Shown here in pieces: positions 1 through 6,231 of a stretch of DNA of 9,955 nt. Within the stretch, counting starts at the first letter, position 1; every line of letters starts with the position of its first letter. Below the pieces are notes generated by a model. The model was not told the DNA's origin, did no database searches, and saw only the letters and a program-made list of their open reading frames with translations. A program made the position numbers and the translations under genes. The stretch is taken from positions 1-9,955 of the IMG/VR virus record IMGVR_UViG_2703718815_000001; one strand, written 5' to 3'. The DNA comes from a virus. Its lineage: Duplodnaviria > Heunggongvirae > Uroviricota > Caudoviricetes.

Positions 1-27
1 CTTTCGGGTCGCCGGTTTTCAAGACCG
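1..27 (-). other. 3'-portion fragment of a tRNA-Ser(UGA)-like gene (anticodon stem-loop plus start of long variable arm), cut by the window edge; probable att core duplicate
   Basis: Reverse complement of 1-27 is CGGTCTTGAAAACCGGCGACCCGAAAG: a CGGT/ACCG stem around the 7-nt loop CUUGAAA (U33, anticodon UGA, A37), then GCGACCCGAAAG as in class II seryl-tRNA variable arms. This matches my recollection of E. coli serT. Positions 28-60 are A-rich and cannot form the D-arm or acceptor 5' half, so only the 3' part is present. Confidence 0.5.
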
Positions 28-168
28 AAGAAAAATAAAGAAAAATCAGTATAATACGCAAAATAGCCGAAAAGTTAATCAGACTTAACACCAAGAAAAA
101 TCAAGATGTTAGGGAGTTATTCAGAGTTAATATACCAGGTCTTTTTGCCAGAAAATTTTCTGGATTGT
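28..168. repeat. AT-rich att arm region with direct repeats AAGAAAAAT(A/C)A (28-38, 38-48, 93-103) and a 16-bp palindrome CCAGAAAATTTTCTGG (148-163) abutting the int stop codon
   Basis: Repeats and palindrome read directly from the sequence. The position, between the tRNA-like core and the 3' end of int, is where arm-type Int/IHF/Xis binding sites lie in lambdoid attP/attL. Function is inferred. Confidence 0.35.
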
Positions 169-1188
169 CTACTTACTGACCACAAGCGGCAAATCCAGTG
201 TTGGCGTGATTTTGGTTTTACGATCGTAAATCAACACCTGATTTTCTGTTTTGTGTCCACTGAAAATTTGTTTGTCGCGACTGCTGCCTTCATAATCTGA
301 AATTCCTTTGGCTTTTATGTCATGGAAGTTGCACCCAAACGGAACACCGGCTTTTTGCTCGGCTGCACGTTTAGCCTGATTCCACCAGTTGTTCAGCGTT
401 TTAGCTATGACCTTCCCGCCTTTGGTTGTGTTGATCACATACTCGCATGTGCCGGAAGATACATTTCGGGCTAACTGGATCGCCGTACGTAATCGTGGAG
501 ACCATTCCTTGATTTGTTTGGTGCCGGTCTTGTTTTGCTCAATGTAAATCCCTTTGTCCATAATATCCTCCCATTTCAGCTCGAGCACATCACCGAGCCT
601 TGCCGCACAGAGATAGGATATCTCCATTGCAATACGTAACTGTGGAATTGCTTCCGCATATATCGCAGCATACTGTTCATCGGTGATGTAAACAGTACGG
701 GCTTTAAGCGTGAATTTTCTGACTCCTTTGCATGGATTATTTTTCACATACCCACGCTCATATCCCCATCCGTATACGCGACTCAGACTTGCCAGTTCAT
801 GGTTTGCCTGGGTCTTGCTCTCAAGACCCCGCTTATCCATGAAAATTCTTACCTGCTCAATTTTTACATTATCAGCAAGCATTTTCCCGAATACCGCCAG
901 TAATGCCCTTTGATGTTGCCGATAATCTTTTTGGGTTCGGGGGGCCAGTTCTGTAAATGCAGGGGAGTCCATAAACATGTGCCATAATTTAGCTACGGTC
1001 ATTATGTCGTGGAGTTTTGCCTTTTCCAGTTCATAATTTTGCCAGACTTTAGCCACGCTGGTTTCCCGCACTCTTCCGAGCTTTATCGTTCTTGTGCTTC
1101 CTTTGGGTTTCCATACGTAACTGTAACCATTCGATCTAACGCGCGGTGGCAGTACATTATCTTTTTTGTCTTTTCTTGGTCTTCCCAT
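169..1188 (-). CDS. int: Tyrosine-type phage integrase (lambda Int family)
   Basis: 339-aa ORF. The central segment TDEQYAAIYAEA...LRIAMEISYLCAARLGDVLELKWEDI...YIEQNKTGTK parallels lambda Int (LTADEYLKIYQAA...LRLAMELAVVTGQRVGDLCEMKWSDI...YVEQSKTGVK). The C-terminal region has His and Tyr in the expected catalytic arrangement (FHDIKAKGISDY...SGHKTENQVLIYDRK). It lies next to xis and the att core. Confidence 0.9.
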   Translation of the reverse strand: MGRPRKDKKDNVLPPRVRSNGYSYVWKPKGSTRTIKLGRVRETSVAKVWQNYELEKAKLHDIMTVAKLWHMFMDSPAFTELAPRTQKDYRQHQRALLAVFGKMLADNVKIEQVRIFMDKRGLESKTQANHELASLSRVYGWGYERGYVKNNPCKGVRKFTLKARTVYITDEQYAAIYAEAIPQLRIAMEISYLCAARLGDVLELKWEDIMDKGIYIEQNKTGTKQIKEWSPRLRTAIQLARNVSSGTCEYVINTTKGGKVIAKTLNNWWNQAKRAAEQKAGVPFGCNFHDIKAKGISDYEGSSRDKQIFSGHKTENQVLIYDRKTKITPTLDLPLVVSK

Positions 1189-1408
1189 TATTCAGTGCCT
1201 CAAAATCGGGTTCAGCAGAAACCAGTTCAGATACTTTTGACATTGCTGTTAGTCCACGTGGAATATCACAGCGTAGAACTATCGGCTCGTTTTTAGGCCC
1301 GATTAAAAATGGGATGCCGTGCAGTCTTAACTGGTGTTGCTGTCTTGTGTATCGCTTGTATTTCGTGATCTCTTGAATCTCTGCTGGCGATAGAGTTAAT
1401 TCATACAT
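1157..1408 (-). CDS. xis: Excisionase-like small DNA-binding protein (Xis/YdaQ-like)
   Basis: 83-aa basic ORF directly upstream of int, overlapping its start by 32 nt (classic xis-int arrangement). AAGG lies about 12 nt upstream of the ATG at 1408. Family assignment (DUF1233-type excisionase) is recollection, not a search result. Confidence 0.65.
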   Translation of the reverse strand: MYELTLSPAEIQEITKYKRYTRQQHQLRLHGIPFLIGPKNEPIVLRCDIPRGLTAMSKVSELVSAEPDFEALNNGKTKKRQKR

Positions 1409-1433
1409 GTGGTCACGTGCCTTACAGCATGAC

Positions 1434-1460
1434 CGCCGCCAATATAATTCGGAGGCGGCG
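1434..1460 (-). promoter_or_regulatory. Hairpin (7-bp GC stem CGCCGCC/GGCGGCG, 13-nt loop) between the exonuclease stop and the xis start
   Basis: Inverted repeat 1434-1440 / 1454-1460 read from the sequence. No U-tract follows on the minus strand, so it is not a canonical intrinsic terminator; it may be an RNA-processing or retroregulation element. Confidence 0.25.
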
Positions 1461-1474
1461 ATCAGGGTTGAACA

Positions 1475-3955
1475 TTAAAAATCAGCCTGACTCGGGATCA
1501 GTTTTTGTATCGTAGCTGTAACGTATTTTGCCTGGTGACGGGCGTCATCCAGTGCATTGTGGCGCACGCCTTCGAATGGAATAACGGTTCTGGCATCAAA
1601 GTCGATTGTTTTTCCCAGCTCAACGATTGTGCGTACATCGCGATCGTTGTGGTAGCTCCACGGGCAGGGGATGTCCAGACGTTCGTATGAGGTGCGCAAA
1701 ATTGCGTTATCGAAAGTTGCACCATTACCCCATACCTGAACGAATTTTTCATCTGAGTATTCGTTGATGAACTCCCGAAACTGCGAAAGGGCATCCTTCA
1801 GTTTTACCTGGTCTGTTAAAATGGCAGCTCTGGCTTCACTGGACTGCTTCAGCCACCATTCGATGGTTCCACCGTCAGGAACAGCCCCTGTATTCATTGC
1901 GTCAGTCAGACTGATAACGATATAAAATACTGGCCCGATTTCCCCTGTTTGTGGGTCGAAGAAAACCGCACCAATAACCACGATGGGCGCATTGGTGTTG
2001 GTTCCCATTGTTTCAAGGTCGATCATCAGGTGGTACCACACTCTGCTGGTGGATGTGATAACGTGATGACCGTTCACCGCAATTAAGGGATCTGCCGTCT
2101 CGCCAGTTTCATTATCGCTGGCGTGGTCCTGAGCGCTGCCAGCATTCTCCTTGTGTGGATGTTCAGCGCCTTCCATTTCCTCCGGATCATTTTCCTGAAC
2201 TTCAACCTGATTCTCTTCATCGAATGTTTCCTGATATGTTGCGTCGCCCATCACCGCACCACAATCAGGGCAGTTGCCGCCACCGATCTGACCGCAGGCG
2301 GTGCAGACTTTTTCCGCTTCCTGTTGCGCTACCGGTTCGGATTGTTTCGTTTCTGGCTCGTTTTGTAACGCATTTTGGCTGTTTTGTTCCGCTTTCTGGT
2401 TGTTCTGTTCCGTTTCTTGCTGGTTCTGGTTCACAGAATCGCGGGTTTCAATCCCCTTCACCCATTTCGGATCATTCGGGTCGCTAATCCCTGCAACAAA
2501 TTCTCCGCGAGAGGCAGCAAGCAGTTCATTAGCGTCAGGCTGGCTGATATTGGCTGCCTGCATAATTTTGTTTACTTCGTCAGCGGTAACTTTTACCGGC
2601 TCTGGTTGTGCGGTCGTGTCAGATGCACCAGTATTTTGTTGTGAGCCTGAGTATGTACCGTTTTTGCGGGCAAAATATTCTTCTTTCGTGATTTCAGTAG
2701 CCCCTGCAGCCAGCGCCTTATTCAGACCAGAAAGTTTGTTTGCACGACCATATTTTTCGCCATCCTTATCGGTGAAAAGGAAGTAGAACGGCCCCTCACG
2801 CTCTACAGATGGTTCAGTTTCCAGCGTGTTTTCATTTTTTTGGGTATCAGATACTTCAGTTTCCACTGCATCAGTTTGTACTGCTGACGGCTGGAGAATA
2901 TCAGCAGTGTTCTGGTCTGTTTCTTCATCCTCAAACACGCCCTTTGTCGCCAGGTATTCAGTGATGTATTTGTTCAGTGCTACGGGATCTTTGTGAATGT
3001 CGATCGGACGCTCACGGACAAGGCCAAAAATAGTCTGACGGTCGTAGCGAACGGCATCGGGTTGTTTGCGCATAGATGCGGAAATGCGCTTCCAGTCTTC
3101 GCGATCTTTGTCGATAACTTCATTTTTTGCCCAGCGATGGATGCTGCCGTCAATGTTTCCGGCATTAATATCGCCAGGCCACAGAGCGTAGGCCAGTTCT
3201 TCATCCAGCGTTTTCCATGTCTGCTTGTATTCGCGATGAATGGCGGCAGTGGTGGGGTTGATTTTTCCTGCTGAGTTTTCAGTGTGCTGCCGGTTGACTC
3301 TGGCGCGGGCAAGATCAACAACAGACGTGTATTTCCCGGTTTCTTTGCGTTCGGTTTCGCGACGTTTTTTCCAGGTGCGTAATTCTGTCTGGATCTCAGG
3401 CCATTTTGCACCCGGCTTACATTTATGTTTAACCCACCCGATGGCGAGCAGCTTTAGTTCTGAATACATGACGTTAACTTCAGGCATTTTCATCAATGCC
3501 TCAACGATATGCCCGTCGAATGTTGCCATGTCCTCCTGCAACAATTCCTGTGCACTAATCACCATATCAACGGTGATGTTTTCACATGTACCGAACTTAA
3601 CCAGGACCGCGTTCTGTACTTCAAGGGACAGCTTGTCAAAATTGACGTTCATCGGATCGGATTCTGGTTCGACCGGGACAAAGGAAGCGCCTTCCTCATC
3701 CCAGCGGTTTTCCAGCATATATTCGGTATCCCAGGAGTCGATGGCAGGGCGGGGCATGCCGGGTTTATCCTCGCAGACAAGAAATTTATAAGCGCAGTCC
3801 TGAGCAGCCGGATATTGCTCCAGGAATTGCCAGGTAAATTTGGCACGGGCGCGACGTTCGTCGCCGGCTTCAATGGCAGTGGCTACAGCGACTGCACCTT
3901 CTTTCTTTATTGCCTGTTCGTCCGGAATGGCGGCGCAAATAAAGACTTTACTCAT
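1475..3955 (-). CDS. Large multidomain phage exonuclease (often annotated exodeoxyribonuclease VIII-like): N-terminal domain of unknown function, Q/N/E-rich linker, CxxC...CxxC zinc ribbon, C-terminal DEDDh (DnaQ-like) 3'-5' exonuclease domain
   Basis: 826-aa ORF with GAGG 9 nt upstream of the ATG at 3955. The C-terminal ~183 aa carry DEDDh motifs: MIDLET (Exo I), [12 protein letters not shown] (Exo II), [13 protein letters not shown] (Exo III). [16 protein letters not shown] is a 4-Cys ribbon (DNA about 2255-2305). A low-complexity [18 protein letters not shown] linker is encoded by tandem DNA repeats at about 2330-2420. The segment [29 protein letters not shown] resembles my memory of the RecE middle region; the N-terminus resembles what Qin ydfE encodes (recollection). 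Confidence 0.8.
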   Translation of the reverse strand: MSKVFICAAIPDEQAIKKEGAVAVATAIEAGDERRARAKFTWQFLEQYPAAQDCAYKFLVCEDKPGMPRPAIDSWDTEYMLENRWDEEGASFVPVEPESDPMNVNFDKLSLEVQNAVLVKFGTCENITVDMVISAQELLQEDMATFDGHIVEALMKMPEVNVMYSELKLLAIGWVKHKCKPGAKWPEIQTELRTWKKRRETERKETGKYTSVVDLARARVNRQHTENSAGKINPTTAAIHREYKQTWKTLDEELAYALWPGDINAGNIDGSIHRWAKNEVIDKDREDWKRISASMRKQPDAVRYDRQTIFGLVRERPIDIHKDPVALNKYITEYLATKGVFEDEETDQNTADILQPSAVQTDAVETEVSDTQKNENTLETEPSVEREGPFYFLFTDKDGEKYGRANKLSGLNKALAAGATEITKEEYFARKNGTYSGSQQNTGASDTTAQPEPVKVTADEVNKIMQAANISQPDANELLAASRGEFVAGISDPNDPKWVKGIETRDSVNQNQQETEQNNQKAEQNSQNALQNEPETKQSEPVAQQEAEKVCTACGQIGGGNCPDCGAVMGDATYQETFDEENQVEVQENDPEEMEGAEHPHKENAGSAQDHASDNETGETADPLIAVNGHHVITSTSRVWYHLMIDLETMGTNTNAPIVVIGAVFFDPQTGEIGPVFYIVISLTDAMNTGAVPDGGTIEWWLKQSSEARAAILTDQVKLKDALSQFREFINEYSDEKFVQVWGNGATFDNAILRTSYERLDIPCPWSYHNDRDVRTIVELGKTIDFDARTVIPFEGVRHNALDDARHQAKYVTATIQKLIPSQADF

Positions 3956-4035
3956 TTTGTTTTAACCTCATTACAGATTTAAGGGTGAACAAATCCCTGC
4001 CATTGCTGGCATATAAAAATGAAACCGGATATTAA

Positions 4036-4239
4036 TTACGGCGCTGTTTTAAGTCCTGCCGGGATTTCGTTATTATCCATGTGAATAACTTTATCGACCG
4101 GATAGCAGTTACCGGGAATTTTTTGTTCTGCTGCGGCAGCCATGCATTCTTTCATTGAACCGTAAATGTCAATAACCATGTCAACAGGCTCGCCAGTATT
4201 AAGGAAAACAGTCAGAGTGAGGGCAATAGCAGTATTCAT
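4036..4239 (-). CDS. Small membrane protein, YdfD-like (Qin prophage lysis-associated protein family), 67 aa
   Basis: Start chosen at the internal ATG 4239 (AAGGA 8 nt upstream), which overlaps the dicB-like stop as ATGA (translational coupling). N-terminal hydrophobic helix MNTAIALTLTVFL. Size and position match ydfD downstream of dicB in Qin. The track ORF 4036..4293 begins upstream, inside dicB. Confidence 0.6.
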   Translation of the reverse strand: MNTAIALTLTVFLNTGEPVDMVIDIYGSMKECMAAAAEQKIPGNCYPVDKVIHMDNNEIPAGLKTAP

Positions 4240-4424
4240 TGCCAGTATCCTTTTTGCATCGGGCGTAAACGTGCCAGCATTGAAAGAATGCATATTTTAT
4301 TTAATAGCTCCCGTTCGTGTTTTCTCTTATTAATGGCATCTTCAGTAAATGCAGGGTTACTGATTTTGACACCAATTTCAAAACAACCTTCAGACGTATT
4401 AACGTTTGGTAATAACGTTTCCAT
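4236..4424 (-). CDS. dicB: Cell-division inhibitor DicB homolog, 62 aa
   Basis: From the internal ATG at 4424 (GAGGA 7 nt upstream) the product is METLLPNVNTSEGCFEIGVKISNPAFTEDAINKRKHERELLNKICILSMLARLRPMQKGYWQ. This matches the length and, closely, the sequence of Qin DicB as I recall it. It follows a DicF-like element, as in Qin. Confidence 0.75.
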   Translation of the reverse strand: METLLPNVNTSEGCFEIGVKISNPAFTEDAINKRKHERELLNKICILSMLARLRPMQKGYWQ

Positions 4425-4607
4425 TATCGCGTCCTCAACAATGAATTTTGTGATACGGTGCCTGGTGCCTCCAGGTGACGTTAACCAGTTAACAATTAAC
4501 GCCGGATACAGAGAACCCACCCATAAGAACCAATACGGAAGTCAACTGGCCTTTTTAACTGTTCCGCGTGCGCTGAGCCGCATTCACCGCATCACAAAAT
4601 TCACTTT

Positions 4608-4670
4608 AAAAAGGGCGGGTATCACAAGGGAAAACAAAAAACGGATACCCGCCAAAAGGTAATCAACATG
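4608..4670 (-). ncRNA. dicF: DicF-family small RNA (divergent variant) with intrinsic terminator
   Basis: Minus strand reads ...UGUUGAUUACCUUUUGGCGGGUAUCCGUUUUUUGUUUUCCCUUGUGAUACCCGCCCUUUUUAAAGUGAAUUUUGUGAUG. It has a 10-bp stem (4614-4623 / 4644-4653) followed by a CUUUUU tract. It shares UUUGGCGG...UAUC.GUUUU...CCGCCCUUUUU with K-12 DicF (recollected 53-nt sequence), but the 5' dozen nucleotides differ. It sits between the ydfC-like and dicB-like genes as in Qin. The 5' end is estimated by alignment, not mapped. Confidence 0.55.
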
Positions 4671-4790
4671 GGTTGTTGCAGCGGGGTTGTCACTTAAGCG
4701 TATGGTCAACCTGACAACCCGGTGTCCTCAACGGGGAAGGAATAACCCCGCCATACTTACCGCCGCGCCATTTCGCGGAGTGCCACAACC

Positions 4791-4857
4791 GGAAGCGCAC
4801 AGACGAAGATGTCAGTGGTACACAACAAAGGGAGGAATGACTTCGCTGTGCGCTTCC
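4791..4857 (-). promoter_or_regulatory. Long near-perfect RNA hairpin (12 bp + 1-nt bulge + 5 bp stem, about 32-nt loop) in the untranslated leader upstream of the DicF-like RNA; candidate RNase III processing stem
   Basis: GGAAGCGCACAG-A-CGAAG (4791-4808) pairs with CTTCG-CTGTGCGCTTCC (4841-4857). It lies about 120 nt upstream of the inferred DicF-like 5' end. In K-12 the DicF precursor is cut by RNase III upstream of the mature RNA (established knowledge); the assignment here is inference. Confidence 0.3.
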
Positions 4858-4985
4858 GTGTTATGCCCTGACTTTTCAGGGATATATCCTTTCAGTAAAC
4901 TGCCAGTGCCGGATGCTCACCCGTGTCCGGCGCACGCACTCCACCTCACCCGTGGAGAACTCCTTAATTAACAACCCTCAGGAGG

Positions 4986-5216
4986 GTGATTTTGAACACA
5001 ATAAAAACCACTATTAATAATGATTTATCCCATGATGGAATAAATGCCGAATTAAGAGCCATTAAGCTCGCGATAGCTTTGATGGCAACAAGACTTCCGC
5101 CAGAACTTCGCTCAGATTGTGTAACAGATGCTTTAAAAAGCACAGGTGATAAACATGCCACTGAATTAGCAAACCTGATTCAACAATTCATAGATGAGGC
5201 GAATTCTCAAAACTGA
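4986..5216 (+). CDS. Hypothetical small protein (74-76 aa), AT-rich, opposite orientation to the surrounding operon; no family recognised
   Basis: Perfect AGGAGG at 4980-4985. Start is GTG 4986 (0-nt spacing) or, more plausibly, TTG 4992 (6-nt spacing); there is no in-frame ATG near the start. First codon positions are purine-rich and third positions A/T-rich, consistent with coding in an AT-rich acquired gene. Predicted helical and soluble. No obvious sigma70 promoter seen upstream. Confidence 0.4.
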   Translation: MILNTIKTTINNDLSHDGINAELRAIKLAIALMATRLPPELRSDCVTDALKSTGDKHATELANLIQQFIDEANSQN

Positions 5217-5367
5217 TTGTTATTTCTTTCTGAAAACTTTTACTATCCAGGCATTTTTTTGCTAACCAAATGCGGGCCTCTGTGCCTGCATTGGGCTCCA
5301 GTTCATGTAAGCGTTTTGCATCTTCCAGAAGCAAGGCAATAACGTGTTTAAGTTCTGTTTCATTCAT
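5188..5367 (-). CDS. Hypothetical small protein (59 aa; 63 aa if started at 5379); no family recognised
   Basis: ATG at 5367 with GAGG 6 nt upstream, 15 nt after the ydfC-like stop and co-oriented with the operon. The 3' end overlaps the plus-strand ORF by 29 bp (5188-5216). Product: MNETELKHVIALLLEDAKRLHELEPNAGTEARIWLAKKCLDSKSFQKEITISFENSPHL. Confidence 0.45.
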   Translation of the reverse strand: MNETELKHVIALLLEDAKRLHELEPNAGTEARIWLAKKCLDSKSFQKEITISFENSPHL

Positions 5368-5382
5368 CGTCAACCTCATCGG

Positions 5383-5598
5383 TCAGTAGTTTGCAATCAC
5401 TCGCGAAACGTTTAATGCCGCTCTTTTTGCCAGAGTGGTAATATCTTGCTCCGCTGATGCCAGTTCTTTAGAGAGGCGCTCTTTGTAGTCAGCAGCCTGC
5501 TTCATGTCATTAATGGCGCGTATCTTCCCGCACATCCATTCGTAAATTTCATCATCGGTATAGTCTGGCGCGATGATGACGGGTTCTCGTTTCTGCAT
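5383..5598 (-). CDS. YdfC-like small protein (71 aa) of the dicB-type operon
   Basis: GAGGAA 7 nt upstream of the ATG at 5598. Size (Qin YdfC is 72 aa) and position (third gene of the operon) match; sequence similarity is from memory only. Confidence 0.6.
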   Translation of the reverse strand: MQKREPVIIAPDYTDDEIYEWMCGKIRAINDMKQAADYKERLSKELASAEQDITTLAKRAALNVSRVIANY

Positions 5599-5628
5599 AC
5601 TGAATTCCTCGCGGTGCCGCTTCGCTTA

Positions 5629-5757
5629 TCAGCCGTTAGATTTTGCCGAACTGGAAAGCGCCTGTTTAAACTCACTGAAGCTGAGAGCTTCTTCGCCTTC
5701 GGCAAGGCCTTCGAAGTATTCTTCGTAAGCCTTTTCCATGATTGTGTCGAAATCCAT
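5629..5757 (-). CDS. YdfB/YdaG-like small acidic protein (42 aa); not in the supplied ORF track (below its length cutoff)
   Basis: Manual translation of the reverse complement: MDFDTIMEKAYEEYFEGLAEGEEALSFSEFKQALSSSAKSNG, with AGGTGAG just upstream of the ATG at 5757. It starts 1 nt after the ydfA-like stop. Size matches Qin YdfB (42 aa). Confidence 0.6.
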   Translation of the reverse strand: MDFDTIMEKAYEEYFEGLAEGEEALSFSEFKQALSSSAKSNG

Positions 5758-5758
5758 A

Positions 5759-5914
5759 TCACTCACCTGAGTTTCTTTCCAGCCAGCGACGAGCGCCAGT
5801 TTCGGTTTTAAACGTTTTGCTTTTGGTATACGTCATCGCGGTGAATGTGCCGTCCTGGTTGGGGAACACGCCACATACCAGAGATTCGCTGTTGCCAAGA
5901 TCGATAGTATCCAT
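5759..5914 (-). CDS. YdfA/YdaF-like small protein (51 aa), first gene of the leftward early operon
   Basis: Internal ATG at 5914 with GAGG 6 nt upstream gives MDTIDLGNSESLVCGVFPNQDGTFTAMTYTKSKTFKTETGARRWLERNSGE (51 aa, the size of Qin YdfA and Rac YdaF). An alternative upstream ATG at 5992 (77 aa) also has a GAGG and cannot be excluded. Confidence 0.6.
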   Translation of the reverse strand: MDTIDLGNSESLVCGVFPNQDGTFTAMTYTKSKTFKTETGARRWLERNSGE

Positions 5915-6092
5915 GTTGACCTCATTTCCCCTTAACGCCGGGGTAGCGGAACAAAAACCTGCTGCATAGTTAAAGTTGAACCCTGCCGTCATGTTCTTAC
6001 GCCTCGGGCTGGCTACTTAACCCCTGACCACTGCCTGGTAACTCGAAGTATTGCCCTGCATTCTGTGGGGCGGGGTGGGTTGGTATGAGAAA

Positions 6093-6134
6093 ACTATAGG
6101 TAATGCCTAATTGCTTGTCAATAGGCTATGCCTA
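6093..6134 (-). promoter_or_regulatory. Leftward early promoter (pL-like) with overlapping operators (OL)
   Basis: On the minus strand: -35 TTGACA (plus 6116-6121), 17-nt spacer, -10 TATAGT (plus 6093-6098). Operator palindromes TAGGT-AAT-GCCTA (6097-6109) and TAGGC-TAT-GCCTA (6122-6134) overlap the promoter. Confidence 0.5.
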
Positions 6135-6231
6135 ATGTTTTTTGCGCACAACCTAATAGGCGATGGTATGTGGAAGAGGTAATGGGAGCTAAATAACGGG
6201 ATCTAGGAGCTTCCCGTCGGACCATATAAGT

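Noticed and set aside
106-1376. Plus-strand ORFs 106-300, 710-913, 1009-1296, 1146-1376
   Set aside because: Antisense to the integrase and excisionase genes, with no ribosome-binding sites and hydrophobic or low-complexity products.
2123-3982. Several plus-strand track ORFs (2123-2368, 2155-2487, 2301-2786, 2375-2644, 2993-3274, 3240-3791, 3509-3982) and minus-strand ORFs in other frames (1498-1794, 2980-3411, 3649-3873)
   Set aside because: All are nested within or antisense to the 826-aa exonuclease ORF, which has coherent domain content along its full length. Their products are low-complexity (Phe/Leu/Cys/Arg-rich).
4288-4662. 124-aa plus-strand ORF
   Set aside because: Lies entirely antisense to the dicB-like gene and the DicF-like RNA and its spacer; no SD. 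Shadow ORF.
4908-4931. GCCGGATGC...TCCGGC hairpin resembling a REP/BIME element
   Set aside because: Only the ends resemble the REP consensus as I recall it; the internal sequence differs and there is no tandem REP arrangement.
4687-4971. 94-aa plus-strand ORF in the GC-rich structured segment
   Set aside because: TTG start with no SD; the only in-frame ATG (4837) has GGAGG just 1 nt upstream. Product is Arg/Pro/Cys-rich, as expected from reading GC-rich hairpin DNA. The region is better explained as structured RNA.
4964-5161. 65-aa minus-strand ORF antisense to the plus-strand small ORF
   Set aside because: GTG start with only a weak, distant AGG; hydrophobic low-complexity product. The plus-strand frame has a perfect AGGAGG and a coding-like codon-position bias, so I treat this as its antisense shadow. 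Not fully excluded.
5502-5992. Track ORFs 5502-5762 (minus), 5614-5811 (plus), 5742-5969 (plus); and the 77-aa extension of the ydfA-like ORF to 5992
   Set aside because: The first three are out of frame with or antisense to the compact ydfA/ydfB/ydfC-like genes, each of which has its own SD. The 77-aa extension is possible (it has a GAGG) but the 51-aa form matches the family size, so the shorter start was preferred.
6197-6216. Stem-loop CGGGA-N10-TCCCG just downstream of the repressor stop, considered as a terminator
   Set aside because: Short stem and only a weak U-run (UAUUUAGC) on the minus strand; not convincing as an intrinsic terminator.
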